Part shown: piece after piece, positions 25,263 through 39,744 of the stretch | Numbering within the stretch: the stretch's first letter is position 1 | Layout: each line of letters starts with the position of its first letter | Assembly (NCBI GenBank): GCA_964016885.1 | Contig: OZ024752.1 | Span: 35,526,001 to 35,590,000 of the forward strand | DNA: 64,000 nt | Source: Eledone cirrhosa | Lineage: Eukaryota | Direction: 5' to 3' | Notes under the pieces: model-generated | What the model was told of the DNA's origin: nothing | Database searches by the model: none | The model's input: only the letters and a program-made list of their open reading frames with translations | Made by a program: the position numbers and the translations under genes

Positions 25263-26694
25263 TTAACACGTGTGTTTTAAGGTCATTTTCCCTGCTAAAG
25301 ACATGATTAGCCTTGTGATCCCCGTAACATGAAATTTACAGTTAGATGTCACTGGCACCAATCCTTTTAATTGCCTCTTATGACAGATAGGTTACTGTGT
25401 AATGTTAGTGTAATACATGAATGTCAGCATGTGGATGAGCTGAAAGAAAAACTGGGTATAAGAGGAACCACATTTTGATCTCACAAATCTCAAAAGGCCT
25501 ACGAAGGCTATGGGGCACAGTTTCTTCTTCCAGATCAAACTATAATTGCAGTGTGCAAGAGAGAAGACTGTTGAACCTGACAGAGATGACATGAAAGGAC
25601 CTGCCCTGCCCAGGTGGTGATGATATATGTTAGTGATCTAATATACATTTGGTGTATAAACACACTCACACATATCATCATCATCATCATCATCATCATC
25701 ACCGTTCTACGTTCGTTCTTCCATGCTAGCATGGGTTAGACGGGTTGTCCTGTTGTGGGCAGTGTCTGGTCGGCTGAACTTGTCTTGCTCATACAGGAAC
25801 TGATTCTGGCTTGATTTCTACAGCTGGATGCCCTTCCTAACACCAACCTCATTTACAGTGAGTGCTGGGTGCTTTTTTGCCGTGGCACCTCCACATCCAC
25901 TTTACAGTGTGGGCTGGGTGCTTTTTTGCCATGGCACCTCCACGTCCACTTTACAGTGGAATGATAGGCACCCCAGTCCCTATCATCTCATTTCTACAGC
26001 TGAGTAAACTGGAGCAATGTGTCTTGCTCAAGGAAACAACACATCACCCGGTCCGAGAATTGAACTCACAACCTTTTGATTGCAAGGCCAATGCTCTAAC
26101 CACTAAGTCACGTGCCTTATATACATGTATACGCCCACGTATACACACAGTCAATAATTTTGTTGCTACTGCTCACAAACATAATATAAATATAGATTTT
26201 ATTTAATGGTGAGCTTATTATGCTGGCCTATTGTTCATATGATCATGTGTTCAAATCTAATTATTATAGTTATTATGTTGTGTCCTTTTTAAAAGAATAT
26301 AAATCCTCTTGCCTCAGTTTGCTTGTTTGACAGCAGGTTCCACTCTTATACAATAGTATAATGGTTTACCATCCAGTTATAATAGCAATAAAGAACAGTG
26401 GGAATATATGGAATTTCAAAAATCCTATGTATTTAGCACACAAGAATATATATATATAATATATATATATAAGGTATTAACATTAATTATAATTAATAAA
26501 ATTAATTAACACTTTAGCATTTAAACCGACCATATTCTGCCAGAATTCTATCACCTCTTTCTATTCAAACCTGCTGTAACCGACCGTTCATATAGATGTT
26601 CTCAAAATAAATAACATCATCAAAATCTCATAACTTCGATATTATGTGAGATAAAGCCTTTATCTCGAAAATACAGTAGTAAATATCTATCTAT

Positions 26695-27160
26695 CTAGGG
26701 CGGGTAAAATTCCCGAGATCCATGGACGAGTTCTCTCCAGCAGTCTCTGTCCCTCATCATCGCTGCCATGCCCTGTGTCTCCAAGAGACCAGTGTCTGCC
26801 CTTAGGGCATCAACATATGTCAACCTTGGTCTCCCTCTTCTAGTGTGTCCTTGCAGGGGCTCCCACAGGAGTACTGAGTGTAATGTCAACTCTGGATGTC
26901 GGTTGCATGTACAGCTAAACTCAGTCTCTTCTGTGCTACTTTTGAGCAGACTTTTGGGAGGCTCCCGTACAGCTCTGAGTTCTTTAACCTCAGTGTATAC
27001 TGGTTAATGTTCAGAGCCATCCTCAGCATTCTCGTGTAGCACCCATTCACCATCTGAGTGAGTTTCTTGGTCAGTGTTCTAGTCTCAGACCTGTACAGCA
27101 GCACAGACTCCACTACAGCAATGAAGAGACAGATCTTCGTAAAGACCTGAAGATCCATCT
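26695..27160 (-). pseudogene. RTE-like LINE 3' fragment (EFYPP* family), frameshifted
   Basis: AVVESVLLYRSETRTLTKKL...GCYTRMLR, then [11 protein letters not shown]...EFYPP in another frame. Confidence 0.9.
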
Positions 27161-27166
27161 CTTCGT

Positions 27167-27886
27167 TGCTACATATAGACTAAATACTAAAGAGTTAAAC
27201 AATTACTAATATATTGCTACATATAGACTAAATACTAAAGAGTTAAACAATTACTAATATATTACTACATATAGACTAAATACTAAAGAGTTAAACAATT
27301 ACTAATATATTGCTACATATAGACTAAATACTAAAGAGTTAAACAATTACTAATATATTGCTACATATAGACTAAATACTAAAGAGTTAAACAATTACTA
27401 ATATATTGCTACATATAGACTAAATACTAAAGAGTTAAACAATTACTAATATATTGCTACATATAGACTAAATACTAAAGAGTTAAACAATTACTAATAT
27501 ATTGCTACATATAGACTAAATACTAAAGAGTTAAACAATTACTAATATATTGCTACATATAGACTAAATACTAAAGAGTTAAACAATTACTAATATATTG
27601 CTACATATAGACTAAATACTAAAGAGTTAAACAATTACTAATATATTGCTACATATAGACTAAATACTAAAGAGTTAAACAATTACTAATATATTGCTAC
27701 ATATAGACTAAATACTAAAGAGTTAAACAATTACTAATATATTACTACATATAGACTAAATACTAAAGAGTTAAACAATTACTAATATATTGCTACATAT
27801 AGACTAAATACTAAAGAGTTAAACAATTACTAATATATTGCTACATATAGACTAAATACTAAAGAGTTAAACAATTACTAATATAT
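27167..27886. repeat. 48-bp tandem repeat, 15 near-identical units
   Basis: Unit tgctacatatagactaaatactaaagagttaaacaattactaatatat; abuts the truncated 5' end of the LINE fragment. Confidence 0.97.
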
Positions 27887-28478
27887 CATTAATTAGTACC
27901 ATTATTTTGTTAAAATATTGCTGTTATGTTTTAAGAATGATGTTTGATTTGAAGAATAAAATTTTGAAAACGCTGAAAATCTTTTTTTATTATTATGCAG
28001 TATTTTAGGGCAGTGGTTTGGCAGTATCGGTAGAGGGTCGGACGCCGTGCTCTGCAGCATAGAGCTACGGCCCTTTATGATTTGAGTACAAATCCCACTG
28101 AGCTTAACTTTGCCTTTCATCCTTACAGGGTCGATTTAACCGACTTTCCCTTCCACCCAAAATTACTGGCCTTGTGCCTATACTAGAAATCATTGCCTTT
28201 CATCCTTATGAGGTCGATAAAATAAAGTACCAGTAATACACTGGGATAATTGCTGGCCTTGTGCCAAAAGTAGAAACAATTATTATGCAGTATTTTCCTT
28301 TCATATGAATTTCCTAATTTTTCTGAAAATTCTCAAAGCTTATTATTTTTCTTTATTGATCTATGTTACTTGAATTATTAACTCTTTTGGTAACCAAACC
28401 ACTTGAAATTGACACAAGTTCTGTATATCAAAGCTGTTTGGTTTAAAGTGTTTATATTTGAAATTAAACTTTCTACCT

Positions 28479-29152
28479 TAACCCATTCATGACCGCATTT
28501 CTAATGAAATACACTCTATTTTTAATAATTAATTAAGAATTTCAAGGGATTTACTAAAATTATTATTTATTTCATTAGTAAGGTAATAACTTAACGTAAG
28601 GTTCTTATATAAAATTATATTGGAAGACTTTAATTTAAATTAGAAACCTTTAAAATGGGTGGCTTTATTTCATAGAACCAGAAGCAGTTTTGCTGGGGTT
28701 AGAAACTAAAGGGTTAATTTTATATTAGAAAATGTTGTCATGTTTCAAACACCAGCTTAATAATAAACGAGTAGTTATTTTAAATTCATGATTATTTCCA
28801 AAATTAATTAAAGATGACAAGCTGTCTGTCATTATAAATATGGTAACAAAATTAATTTTATATTAGAAGATGTTGTCATGTTTCAACCACCAACTTAATA
28901 ATAAACGAGTAGCTATTTTAAATTCATGTGTATTTCCAAAATTAATCAAAGATCATAGGCTGTCTGTCATTACAAATATGATAACAAAATTAATATTATA
29001 TTAGAAAATTTTGTCATGTTTCAAACACTAACATAATAATAAATGAGTTGTTATTTTACTAAACCCCTCAAAATTCATGATTATTTCCAAAAGTAGTTGA
29101 AGATTAGAGGTATTGTCTTCTATCATTACAAATATGGTAACAAAAGGGTTAA
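28479..29152. mobile_element. TTAA/CCC-terminated MITE remnants, including three diverged ~140-bp tandem units
   Basis: ttaaccc...aaagggttaa (28479-28716), then ttttatattagaaa.tgttgtcatgtttcaa repeated three times, ending caaaagggttaa. Confidence 0.5.
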
Positions 29153-29234
29153 TATTGATGAAATGCTTTCTGTCAGACTGTTAAACTCATCACTTAAGAT
29201 TTTTTAAATGCTAATTTTAAGGCATTAAATTGTC

Positions 29235-32200
29235 ACAGTCATTAGGGCAAATAGGCACAGTCATTAGAAGATAGGACATATTGACAGTCATTAGAACAGG
29301 ATATATTGACAATCATTAGAACATAGGACATATTGACAGAGTCATTAGAACAGGATATATTGACAATCATTAGAACATAGGACATATTGACAGAGTCATT
29401 AGAACATGGGACATATTGACAATCATTAGAAGACAGGACATATTGACAGAGTCATTAGAAGATAGGACAAATTGACAGTCATTAGAACATAAGACATATT
29501 GACAGTCATTAGAAAAGAGGACATATTGCCAGTCATTAGAATATCGGACATATTGACAGTCATTAGAACATAGGACAAATTGACAGTCATTAGAATATCG
29601 GACATATTGACAGTCATTAGAACATAGGACAAATTGACAGTCATTAGAACATAGGACAAATTGACAGTCATTAGAACATAGGACAAATTGACAGTCATTA
29701 GAAGATAGGACATATTGACAGTCATTAGAAGATAGGACATATTGACAGTGTCAGTAGAACATAGGACATATTGACAGTCATTAGAATATAGGACATATTG
29801 ACAGTCATTAGAAGATAGGACATATTGACAGTCATTAGAACATAGGACATATTGACAGTCATTAGAAGATAGGACATATTGACAGTCATTAGAATATAGG
29901 ACATATTGACAGTCATTAGAACATAGGACATATTGACAGTGTCATTAGAATATAGGACAAATTGACAGTCATTAGAACATAGGACATATTGACAGTGTCA
30001 TTAGAATATAGGACATATTGACAGTCATTAGAACATAGCACATATTGACAGTGTCATTAGAATATAGGACATATTGACAGTCATTAGAACATAGGACATA
30101 TTGACAGTGTCATTAGAATATAGGACATATTGACAGTGTCATAAGAATATAGGACATATTGACAGTCATTAGAATATGGGACATATTGACAGTCATTAGA
30201 ATATAGGACATATTGACAGTCATTAGAACTTAGGACATATTGACAGTGTCATTAGAATATAGGACATATTGACAGTGTCATTAGAATATAGGACATATTG
30301 ACAGTGTCATTAGAATATAGGACATATTGACAGTCATTAGAAGATAGGACATATTGACAGTCATTAGAATATAGGACATATTGACAGTCATTAGAACAAA
30401 GGACATATTGACAGTGTCATTAGGACATATTGACAGTCATTAGAACATAAGACATATTGACAGTGTCATTAGAATATAGGACATATTGTCAGTCATTAGA
30501 AGATAGGACATATTGACAGTCATTAGAAGATAGGACATATTGACAGTTATTAGAACATAGGACATATTGACAGTGTCATTAGAAGATAGGACATATTGAC
30601 AGTCATTAGAACATAGGACATATTGACAGTGTCATTAGAACATAGGACATATTGACAGTCATTAGAAGATAGGACATATTGACAGTCATTAGAAGATAGG
30701 ACATATTGACAGTCATTAGAAGATAGGACATATTGACAGTCATTAGAATATAGGACATATTGACAGTCATTAGAAGATAGGACATATTGACAGTCATTAG
30801 AACAAAGGACATATTGACAGTGTCATTAGAATATAGGACATATTGACAGTCATTAGAACATAGGACATATTGACAGTCATTAGAACATAGGACAAATTGA
30901 CAGTGTCATTAGAACATAGGACATATTGACAGTCATTAGAACATAGGACATATTGACAGTGTCATTAGAATATAGGACATATTGACAGTCATTAGAACAT
31001 AGGACATATTGACAGTCATTAGAACATAGGACAAATTGACAGTGTCATTAGAATATAGGACATATTGACAGTCATTAGAACATAGGACATATTGACAGTC
31101 ATTAGAACATAGGACATATTGACAGTGTCATTAGAATATAGGACATATTGACAGTCATTAGAATTAAGGACATATTGACAGTGTCATTAGAATATAGGAC
31201 ATATTGACAGTGTCATTAGAATATGGGACATATTGACAGTGTCATTAGAACATAGGACATATTGACAGTGTCATTAAAATATAGGACATATTGACAGTCA
31301 TTAGAACATAGGACATATTGACAGAGTCATTAGAATATAGGACATATTGACAGTCATTAGAAGATAGGACATATTGACAGTCATTAGAAGATAGGACATA
31401 TTGACAGTCATTAGAACAAAGGACATATTGACAGTGTCATTAGAATATAGGACAAATTGAGAGTCATTAGAAGATAGGACATATTGACAGTCATTAGAAG
31501 ATAGGACATATTGACAGTCATTAGAACAAAGGACATATTGACAGTGTCATTAGAATATAGGACAAATTGACAGTCATTAGAAGATAGGACATATTGACAG
31601 TCATTAGAAGATAGGACATATTGACAGTCATTAGAACAAAGGACATATTGACAGTGTCATTAGAATATAGGACAAATTGACAGTCATTAGAAGATAGGAC
31701 ATATTGACAGTCATTAGAACACAGGACATATTGTCAGTGTCATTAGAATATAGGACATATTGACAGTCATTAGAATATAGGACATATTGACAGTCATTAG
31801 AATATAGGACATATTGACAGTCATTAGAATATAGGACATATTGACAGTCATTAGAATATAGGACAAATTGACAGTCATTAGAAGATCGGACATATTGACA
31901 GTCATTAGAACACAGGACATATTGTCAGTGTCATTAGAATATAGGACAAATTGACAGTCATTAGAAGATAGGACATATTGACAGAGTCATTAGAATATAG
32001 GACATATTGACAGTCATTAGAAGATAGGACAAATTGACAGTCATTAGAAGATCGGACATATTGACAGTCATTAGAACATAGGACAAATTGACAGTCATTA
32101 GAATATAGGACATATTGACAGTCATTAGAAGATAGGACATATTGACAGTCATTAGAAGATAGGACATATTGACAGTCATTAGAACACAGGACATATTGAC

Positions 32201-35200
32201 AGTCATTAGAATATAGCACATATTGACAGTGTCATTAGAATATAGGACATATTGACAGTGTCATTAGAATATAGGACATATTGACAGTGTCATTAGAATA
32301 TAGGACATATTGACAGAGTCATTAGAACATAGGACATATTGACATTCATTAGAAGATAGGACATATTGACAGTCATTAGAAGATAGGACATATTGACAGT
32401 CATTAGAACATAGGACATATTGACAGTCATTAGAACATAGGACATATTGACAGTCATTAGAATATAGGACATATTGACAGTCATTAGAAGATAGGACATA
32501 TTGACAGTCATTAGAAGATAGGACAAATTGACAGTCATTAGAATATAGGACATATTGACAGTCATTAGAATATAGGACATATTGACAGTCATTAGAATAT
32601 AGGACATATTGACAGTCATTAGAAGATAGGACATATTGACAGTCATTAGAATATAGGACATATTGTCAGCCATTAGAACATAGGACATATTGACAGTATC
32701 ATTAGAATATAGGACATATTGACAGTCATTAGAACATAGGACATATTGCCAGTGTCATTAGAATATAGGACATATTGACAGTCATTAGAACTTAGGACAT
32801 ATTGACAGTGTCATTAGAATATGGGACATATTGACAGTCATTAGAATATAGGACATATTGACAGTCATTAGAACTTAGGACATATTGACAGTGTCATTAG
32901 AACATAGGACATATTGACAGTGTCATTAGAATATAGGACATATTGACAGTGTCATTAGAATATAGGACATATTGACAGTCATTAGAACTTAGGACATATT
33001 GACAGTGTCATTAGAATATAGGACATATTGTCAGTCATTAGAAGATAGGACATATTGACAGTCATTAGAAGATAGGACATATTGACAGTCATTAGAACAT
33101 AGGACATATTGACAGTGTCATTAGAATATAGGACATATTGACAGTCATTAGAAGATAGGACATATTGAGAGTCATTAGAAGATAGGACATATTGACAGTC
33201 ATTAGAACAAAGGACATATTGACAGTGTCATTAGGACATATTGACAGTCATTAGAACATAAGACATATTGACAGTGTCATTAGAATATAGGACATATTGA
33301 CAGTCATTAGAACATAGGACATATTGACAGTCATTAGAAGATAGGACATATTGACAGTCATTAGAACATAGGACATATTGACAGTCATTAGAACATAGGA
33401 CATATTGACAGTGTCATTAGAATATAGGACATATTGACAGTCATTAGAAGATAGGACATATTGACAGTCATTAGAAGATAGGACATATTGACAGTCATTA
33501 GAACATAGGACATATTGACAGTGTCATTAGAATATAGGACATATTGACAGTCATTAGAAGATAGGACATATTGACAGTCATTAGAAGATAGGACATATTG
33601 ACAGTCATTAGAACAAAGGACATATTGACAGTGTCATTAGGACATATTGACAGTCATTAGAACATAGGACATATTGACAGAGTCATTAAAACATAGGACA
33701 AATTGAGAGTCATTAGAAGATAGGACATATTGACAGTCATTAGAAGATAGGACATATTGACAGTGTCATTAGAATATAGGACATATTGACAGTGTCATTA
33801 GAATATAGGACATATTGACAGTCATTAGAAGATAGGACATATTGACAGTCATTAGAACAAAGGACATATTGACAGTGTCATTAGGACATATTGACAGTCA
33901 TTAGAACATAGGACATATTGACAGAGTCATTAGAAAATAGGACAAATTGAGAGTCATTAGAAGATAGGACATATTGACAGTCATTAGAAGATAGGACATA
34001 TTGACAGTCATTAGAATATAGGACATATTGACAGTGTCATTAGAATATAGGACATATTGACAGTGTCATTAGAATATAGGACATATTGACAGTGTCATTA
34101 GAATATAGGACAAATTGACAGTCATTAGAAGATAGGACAAATTGACAGTCATTAGAACATAGGACAAATTGACAGTCATTAGAATATAGGACATATTGAC
34201 AGTCATTAGAAGATAGGACATATTGACAGTCATTAGAAGATAGGACATATTGACAGAGTCATTAGAACATAGGACATATTGACAGTCATTAGAATATAGG
34301 ACATATTGACAGTATCATTAGAATATAGGACATATTGACAGAGTCATTAGAACATAGGACAAATTGACAGTGTCATTAGAACATAGGACATATTGACAGT
34401 CATTAGAAGATAGGACAAATTGACAGTGTCATTAGAACATAGGACATATTGACAGTCATTAGAACATAGGACATATTGACAGTCATTAGAATATAGGACA
34501 TATTGACAGTCATTAGAAGATAGGACATATTGACAGTCATTAGAAGATAGGACATATTGACAGTCATTAGAACATAGGACATATTGACAGTCATTAGAAT
34601 ATAGGACATATTGACAGTCATTAGAAGATAGGACAAATTGACAGTGTCATTAGAACATAGGACATATTGACAGTCATTAGAACATAGGACATATTGACAG
34701 TCATTAGAATATAGGACATATTGACAGTCATTAGAAGATAGGACATATTGACAGTCATTAGAAGATAGGATATATTGACAGTCATTAGAACATAGGACAT
34801 ATTGACAGTCATTAGAAGATAGGACATATTGACAGTCATTAGAACATAGGACATATTGACAGTCATTAGAAGATAAGACATATTGACAGTCATTAGAAGA
34901 TAGGACATATTGACAGTCATTAGAATATAGGACATATTGACAGTCATTAGAAGATAGGACATATTGACAGTCATTAGAACACAGGACATATTGACAGTCA
35001 TTAGAACATAGGACATATTGACAGTCATTAGAACATAGGACATATTGACAGTGTCATTAGAATATAGGACAAATTGACAGTGTCACTAGAATATAGGACA
35101 TATTGACAGTGTCATTAGAACATAGGACATATTGACAGTGTCATTAGAATATAGGACATATTGACAGTGTCATTAGAATATAGGACATATTGACAGTCAT

Positions 35201-35217
35201 TAGAAGATAGGACAAAT
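29235..35217. repeat. ~6-kb satellite of 27-bp units with 29-bp variants (roughly 215 units)
   Basis: Unit gacag(tg)tcattagaa[cat/tat/gat/caa]aggacatatt. Confidence 0.98.
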
Positions 35218-35496
35218 AACCTTGTAGTATTTGTTTGTTATGTATTACCGGTACTTTATTTTATCGACCCCAGTGTGTTACTGGTACTTTATTTTATCGA
35301 CCTCAGTGCGTTACTGGTACTTGATTTTGTTGACTTCATAGGGTCGAAAGCATCAGTAATGCCCTGGGCTTGATTTAATCGACCCCACCTTCGAATTGTT
35401 GGACTTGTGACTAAAGTAGAAACAATTATTAGTCTGTTCTGCGTTAGACGCTCACATTTCAAAACTTCCCAAAATTTCGTATTATAGCTTTAGTTA

Positions 35497-35554
<58 letters not shown>

Positions 35555-35651
35555 GTTAAAATACTGGAGCGTGTTGGAGTTAAACACCCTCTTCGTATTA
35601 TAGAAATGACAGTAAAAGGTATAGCTCAATGTAGTTAAACAGAGCCGAAGA

Positions 35652-35896
35652 ATTTTGAAAGTAAAACAAAGAAGCCTTCAATACATCAAAAGTCTTTATT
35701 AGCCAACAATGTTTCGTCCTATTAAGGACTCATCAGGGCAATTAAAACAACAAGAAGTATTATCGGCCAATACAAGGCTTGTATTGGCCGATAATACTTC
35801 TTGTTGTTTTAATTGCCCTGATGAGTCCTTAATAGGACGAAACATTGTTGGCTAATAAAGACTTTTGATGTATTGAAGGCTTCTTTGTTTTACTTT

Positions 35897-35902
<6 letters not shown>
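35652..35902. repeat. Perfect ~250-bp palindrome in (TA)n with a hammerhead in each arm
   Basis: Centre at 35777 (acaag-g-cttgt); the arms read as exact reverse complements. Confidence 0.95.
35815..35852 (+). ncRNA. Minimal type I hammerhead ribozyme (mirror copy 35702-35739 on the minus strand)
   Basis: gcc-CTGATGA-gtcct taat aggac-GAAAC-att-GTT-ggc. Confidence 0.9.
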
Positions 35903-35947
<45 letters not shown>

Positions 35948-35973
35948 CATATATATATATATATATATATATA

Positions 35974-36156
35974 GGAAAAGAGTCAGAACCACGACGGTTG
36001 AGCTCCGGCCGTTTCGACAGCTAGATCTAGCTGTCGAAACGGCCGGAGCTCAGCCGTTGGAGTCCTGACTCTTTTCCCATTACCCACTCTACTACCCTAA
36101 GTATCGAGTACTCTGGTGCATTAGGGTCCACCTGGTTTCATACCACAATTCCTTCG

Positions 36157-36212
<56 letters not shown>

Positions 36213-36399
36213 CGAAGGAAATGTGGTAAGGAAGCAGGTGGACCATAACGCACCAAAGTACTCAATACTTAGGGTAGTAGAGTGGGTAATAGGAACGAGT
36301 AGGACCCCGACGGCTGAGCTCAAGCCGTTACGACGGCTAATTCAGTCCAGAATTAGCCGTCGAAACGGCTTGAGCTCAGCCGTCGGGGTCCTACTCCTT

Positions 36400-36403
<4 letters not shown>
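35974..36403. repeat. Two fold-back copies of one repeat family, tail-to-tail across (TA)n
   Basis: Hairpin apices at 36025/36026 (agatct) and ~36346; unpaired tails ~36078-36160 and ~36211-36289 are mutually inverted. Confidence 0.9.
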
Positions 36404-36439
<36 letters not shown>

Positions 36440-36444
36440 TAGTT

Positions 36445-36486
36445 CCGAGAACAATTTGTTTCACCTTAGACGGATCATCAGTTCGG
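36445..36486 (-). ncRNA. Probable type I hammerhead ribozyme
   Basis: Minus strand ccgaa-CTGATGA-tccgtctaaggt-GAAAC-aaatt-GTT-ctcgg; weak stem II and one stem I mismatch. Confidence 0.55.
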
Positions 36487-37006
36487 TTTAAATGAAACGG
36501 AAACGGAAACAATTATACGAGTACACATGCGCATGTGTATTTGTATAATTGTTTGCCTTGTGAGAAGTTGTGACCGGTAGATCGTATCAACAATGGAAAG
36601 CCCATAGGAAACATTGTTTTCTTTGGTCTGATTTAACAAGTTCCACCCTACATGGTAAATGCTTGAACTTTATCTATGTTATAAGTTTTAAAATGCTGTG
36701 TTCTTGTGTAATCTTTTATGTCTTTTCACTACGATACAGATGTGGTAACAGCAACATACTTCATAAATGAATGACTAATGACACTAATTTTATATTAAAA
36801 TTATTTCAACACTGTTTAAAGTGTAGTAGCACTAACATAACGTGGTTCATAATAGAGATGTATATGGAGGCTTCAGGCAGATTTTAACTCTGCGATGGAC
36901 TGGTGTCCTGTCCAGGGGAAGTCTTGTTTTGTTATTCACATAACGTCACGGGAAACCGGTGATAAGCATCGGGCTTGAAACAATCTTTAGACTTTTAGAC
37001 AATATA

Positions 37007-37206
37007 CAGGGTGGGCCTGAATTCGCGCATCAAAAGTGTGAGCTGTCCTGAAAAATATCAACTCTTGGACACACTCAGTACTTTAAAACCACAGATGATA
37101 GGATGATAAAAATGATACCTTTCTTATTTCAATATAGTTTTTGTTATTAATTCAGTACAATATATATGTATACTAAATTGTTTTTAATGCTTTGGTGCCC
37201 ACCCTG
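37007..37206. mobile_element. Tc1/mariner-type MITE (200 bp)
   Basis: TA-CAGGGTGGGC ... GCCCACCCTG-TA. Confidence 0.7.
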
Positions 37207-37818
37207 TAGTGGGTGGATGTAAAATACCTAAGCGTCGTTAGGTAAGTTCCAAATTTGGGATGGAGGATATGAATTTCAGAGATGAAGTAGACCATTCGAT
37301 ACAACCTCAGCCGACCGAAAAAAAATGAAATGCGTCCCCTTGTACCCATGTTAGAAATTTAGATTGGCAGATTTCTTTACGTGTTTAACAAACGCTTACA
37401 GGCTTTGTTCCGACACTTCACATTCTGAGTTCAAACCCTGCCGAAGTCAACTTTACCTTTCAGCCTTCCGTGGTCGATAAAATAAAGAACCAATCAAATC
37501 CTGGGGTCGATATAATTGACTTTCCCCTTCGTTCAAAATTGCTGTCTTTGCACCAAAATTATCATTTTTGGCACAAGGCCAACATTCTCTTTTTTTTGTG
37601 ACCCTAGTACATTACTGGTACTTTATTTATCGACTATGTAAGGATGAAAGGCAAAGTTAACCTCGGCGGGATTTGAACTCAGGATGTAAAGAGCCGTAAC
37701 TGTGTGCTGCAAAGCATGTTGTCCGACGCTCTACCGTTTACTGCCAATCCTCTACCCTTATTTTGATGAAAATAATGAAAATAAAAACAGATTATAAAAA
37801 CAAATACGACACAAAAAG

Positions 37819-38245
37819 GATGTCACTCAAGCAGACACAGTTACAATGATGTCACACAAGCAGACACAGTTACAGATGATGGCACACAAACAGAGAGTTA
37901 CATATAATGTCACACAAGCAGACACAGTCACACAAGCAGACACAGTTACAGATGATGGCACACAAACAGAGAGTTACATATAATGTCACACAAGCAGACA
38001 CAATTACAAATGATGTCACACAAGCAGACACAGTTACAATGATGTCACACAAGCAGACACAGTTACAGATGATGGCACACAAACAGAGAGTTACATATAA
38101 TGTCACACAAGCAGACACAGTTACAATGATGTCACACAAGCAGTCAAAGTTACAGATGATGGCACACAAGCAGACACAGTTACAATGATGTCACACAAGC
38201 AGACACAGTTACAGATGATGGCACACAAACAAACACAGTTACATA
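37819..38245. repeat. 29-30-bp minisatellite interrupted by a SINE (38247-38430 on the minus strand)
   Basis: Units gtcacacaagcagacacagttaca(g)atgat; a degenerate unit resumes at 38431. Confidence 0.9.
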
Positions 38246-39643
38246 TAATTGTTTCTACGTTAGGCACAAGGCCAGCAATTACCCAGTGTATTACTGGTAC
38301 TTTATTTTATCGACCCCGTAAGGATGAAAGGCAAAGTTAACCTCGGCGGGATTTGAACTCAGAATGGCAAGGGCCGTAACTCTATGCGGCAAAGCATGGC
38401 GTCCGACCCTCTACCAATACTGCCAATCCACACAAAAGCAGACACAGCTACAAACACAGACACACTACTTTGGTAAATACACAGACAAGTAAATGAAAAT
38501 ATTAATATTTCTAATGCAAACATGGTCGCTGGTAGTTGTCGAAATGTGTACAATGTACAACACAGACAATTTAAAGATGTTATGTGCGAGGAAGGAGTTT
38601 GAATAAGGGACATCATGTCTTTTTGATTGAATTTTATCAAATAAATGACTAAGAAGAAAACAACAAAACCCTATCTCTCGAAAACCAGAGGAGCATTCGG
38701 TGTTCCTTCAAGGGAACAATCAAAGGAAGTGTCGTCGTCGGCAGCTCTTCATTGATTCCGAGTATGTATTTCCTTCGGTTGCAAAAAAAGTTACCATCTG
38801 CCGCTAGGAGGAATTGAAACTCGTATCTCCCAGATACCAGCTTGCCGCTTTGAACCAATTATATTGTATTTGTATTTTATATAATCATCTAATTATTTTT
38901 GTGTAATTACTTTTAAAAAATTGTCTTTATATATTATGTAGATTGGCTGGGAGGGGTTTTTGGGTAGAGGGTCAGACGCCATGGTTTCCAACATAGAGTT
39001 ACGTCCCTTTACGGTCTGAGTTCAAATCCCGCCGAGGTTAACTTTGCCTTTCATCCTTACAGGGTCGATAAAATAAAGCACCAGTAATGTACTGGGGTAA
39101 TTGCTGGCCTTGTGCCAAAAGTAGAAACAAATTATTATACAAGACCATCCGTGATTTATTATACTAGACCATTCGTGATTTATTATACTAGACCATCCGT
39201 GATTTATTATACTAGACCTATCTACTCCGTAACTTCTATAAATTTTGAACGCCGTGCACTTTGTTATATAGCTGTCCTCTTTCATGTGCATCACATGACC
39301 ATACCAACGTAGTCTTCTCTCAAGTAAACAGCATCTGATTCCTCTAATCCTAATTTCTCACTTAGTTCGTTTATGTTTTACCGTTCATGTGTATTACTAT
39401 TACACTTCCAACGGAGCATGCATGCTTCGTTCCTTTCCAACCTGCGCATATCCTCTGCAGACAATGCCCATGTCTCTATAGAACCATCTACATTCTTAGA
39501 TAGTTTGCCTGTGATCCCACATCGTTGGGTCACGTTCACTTCAAATTAATTTTTAAATAAATTAAAATATACTCAGACATGTATATAAAGTGAAATAAAA
39601 GTGGATGGCCCATATAAATACGTGTGTGTATGTATATATATAA

Positions 39644-39744
<101 letters not shown>

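Noticed and set aside
29235-35217. CRISPR-like or repeat-protein interpretation of the 27-bp array (MSYLLMTVN ORFs)
   Set aside because: Units are head-to-tail with no unique spacers, there are no cas genes, the context is eukaryotic, and the 29-bp variants break the frame.
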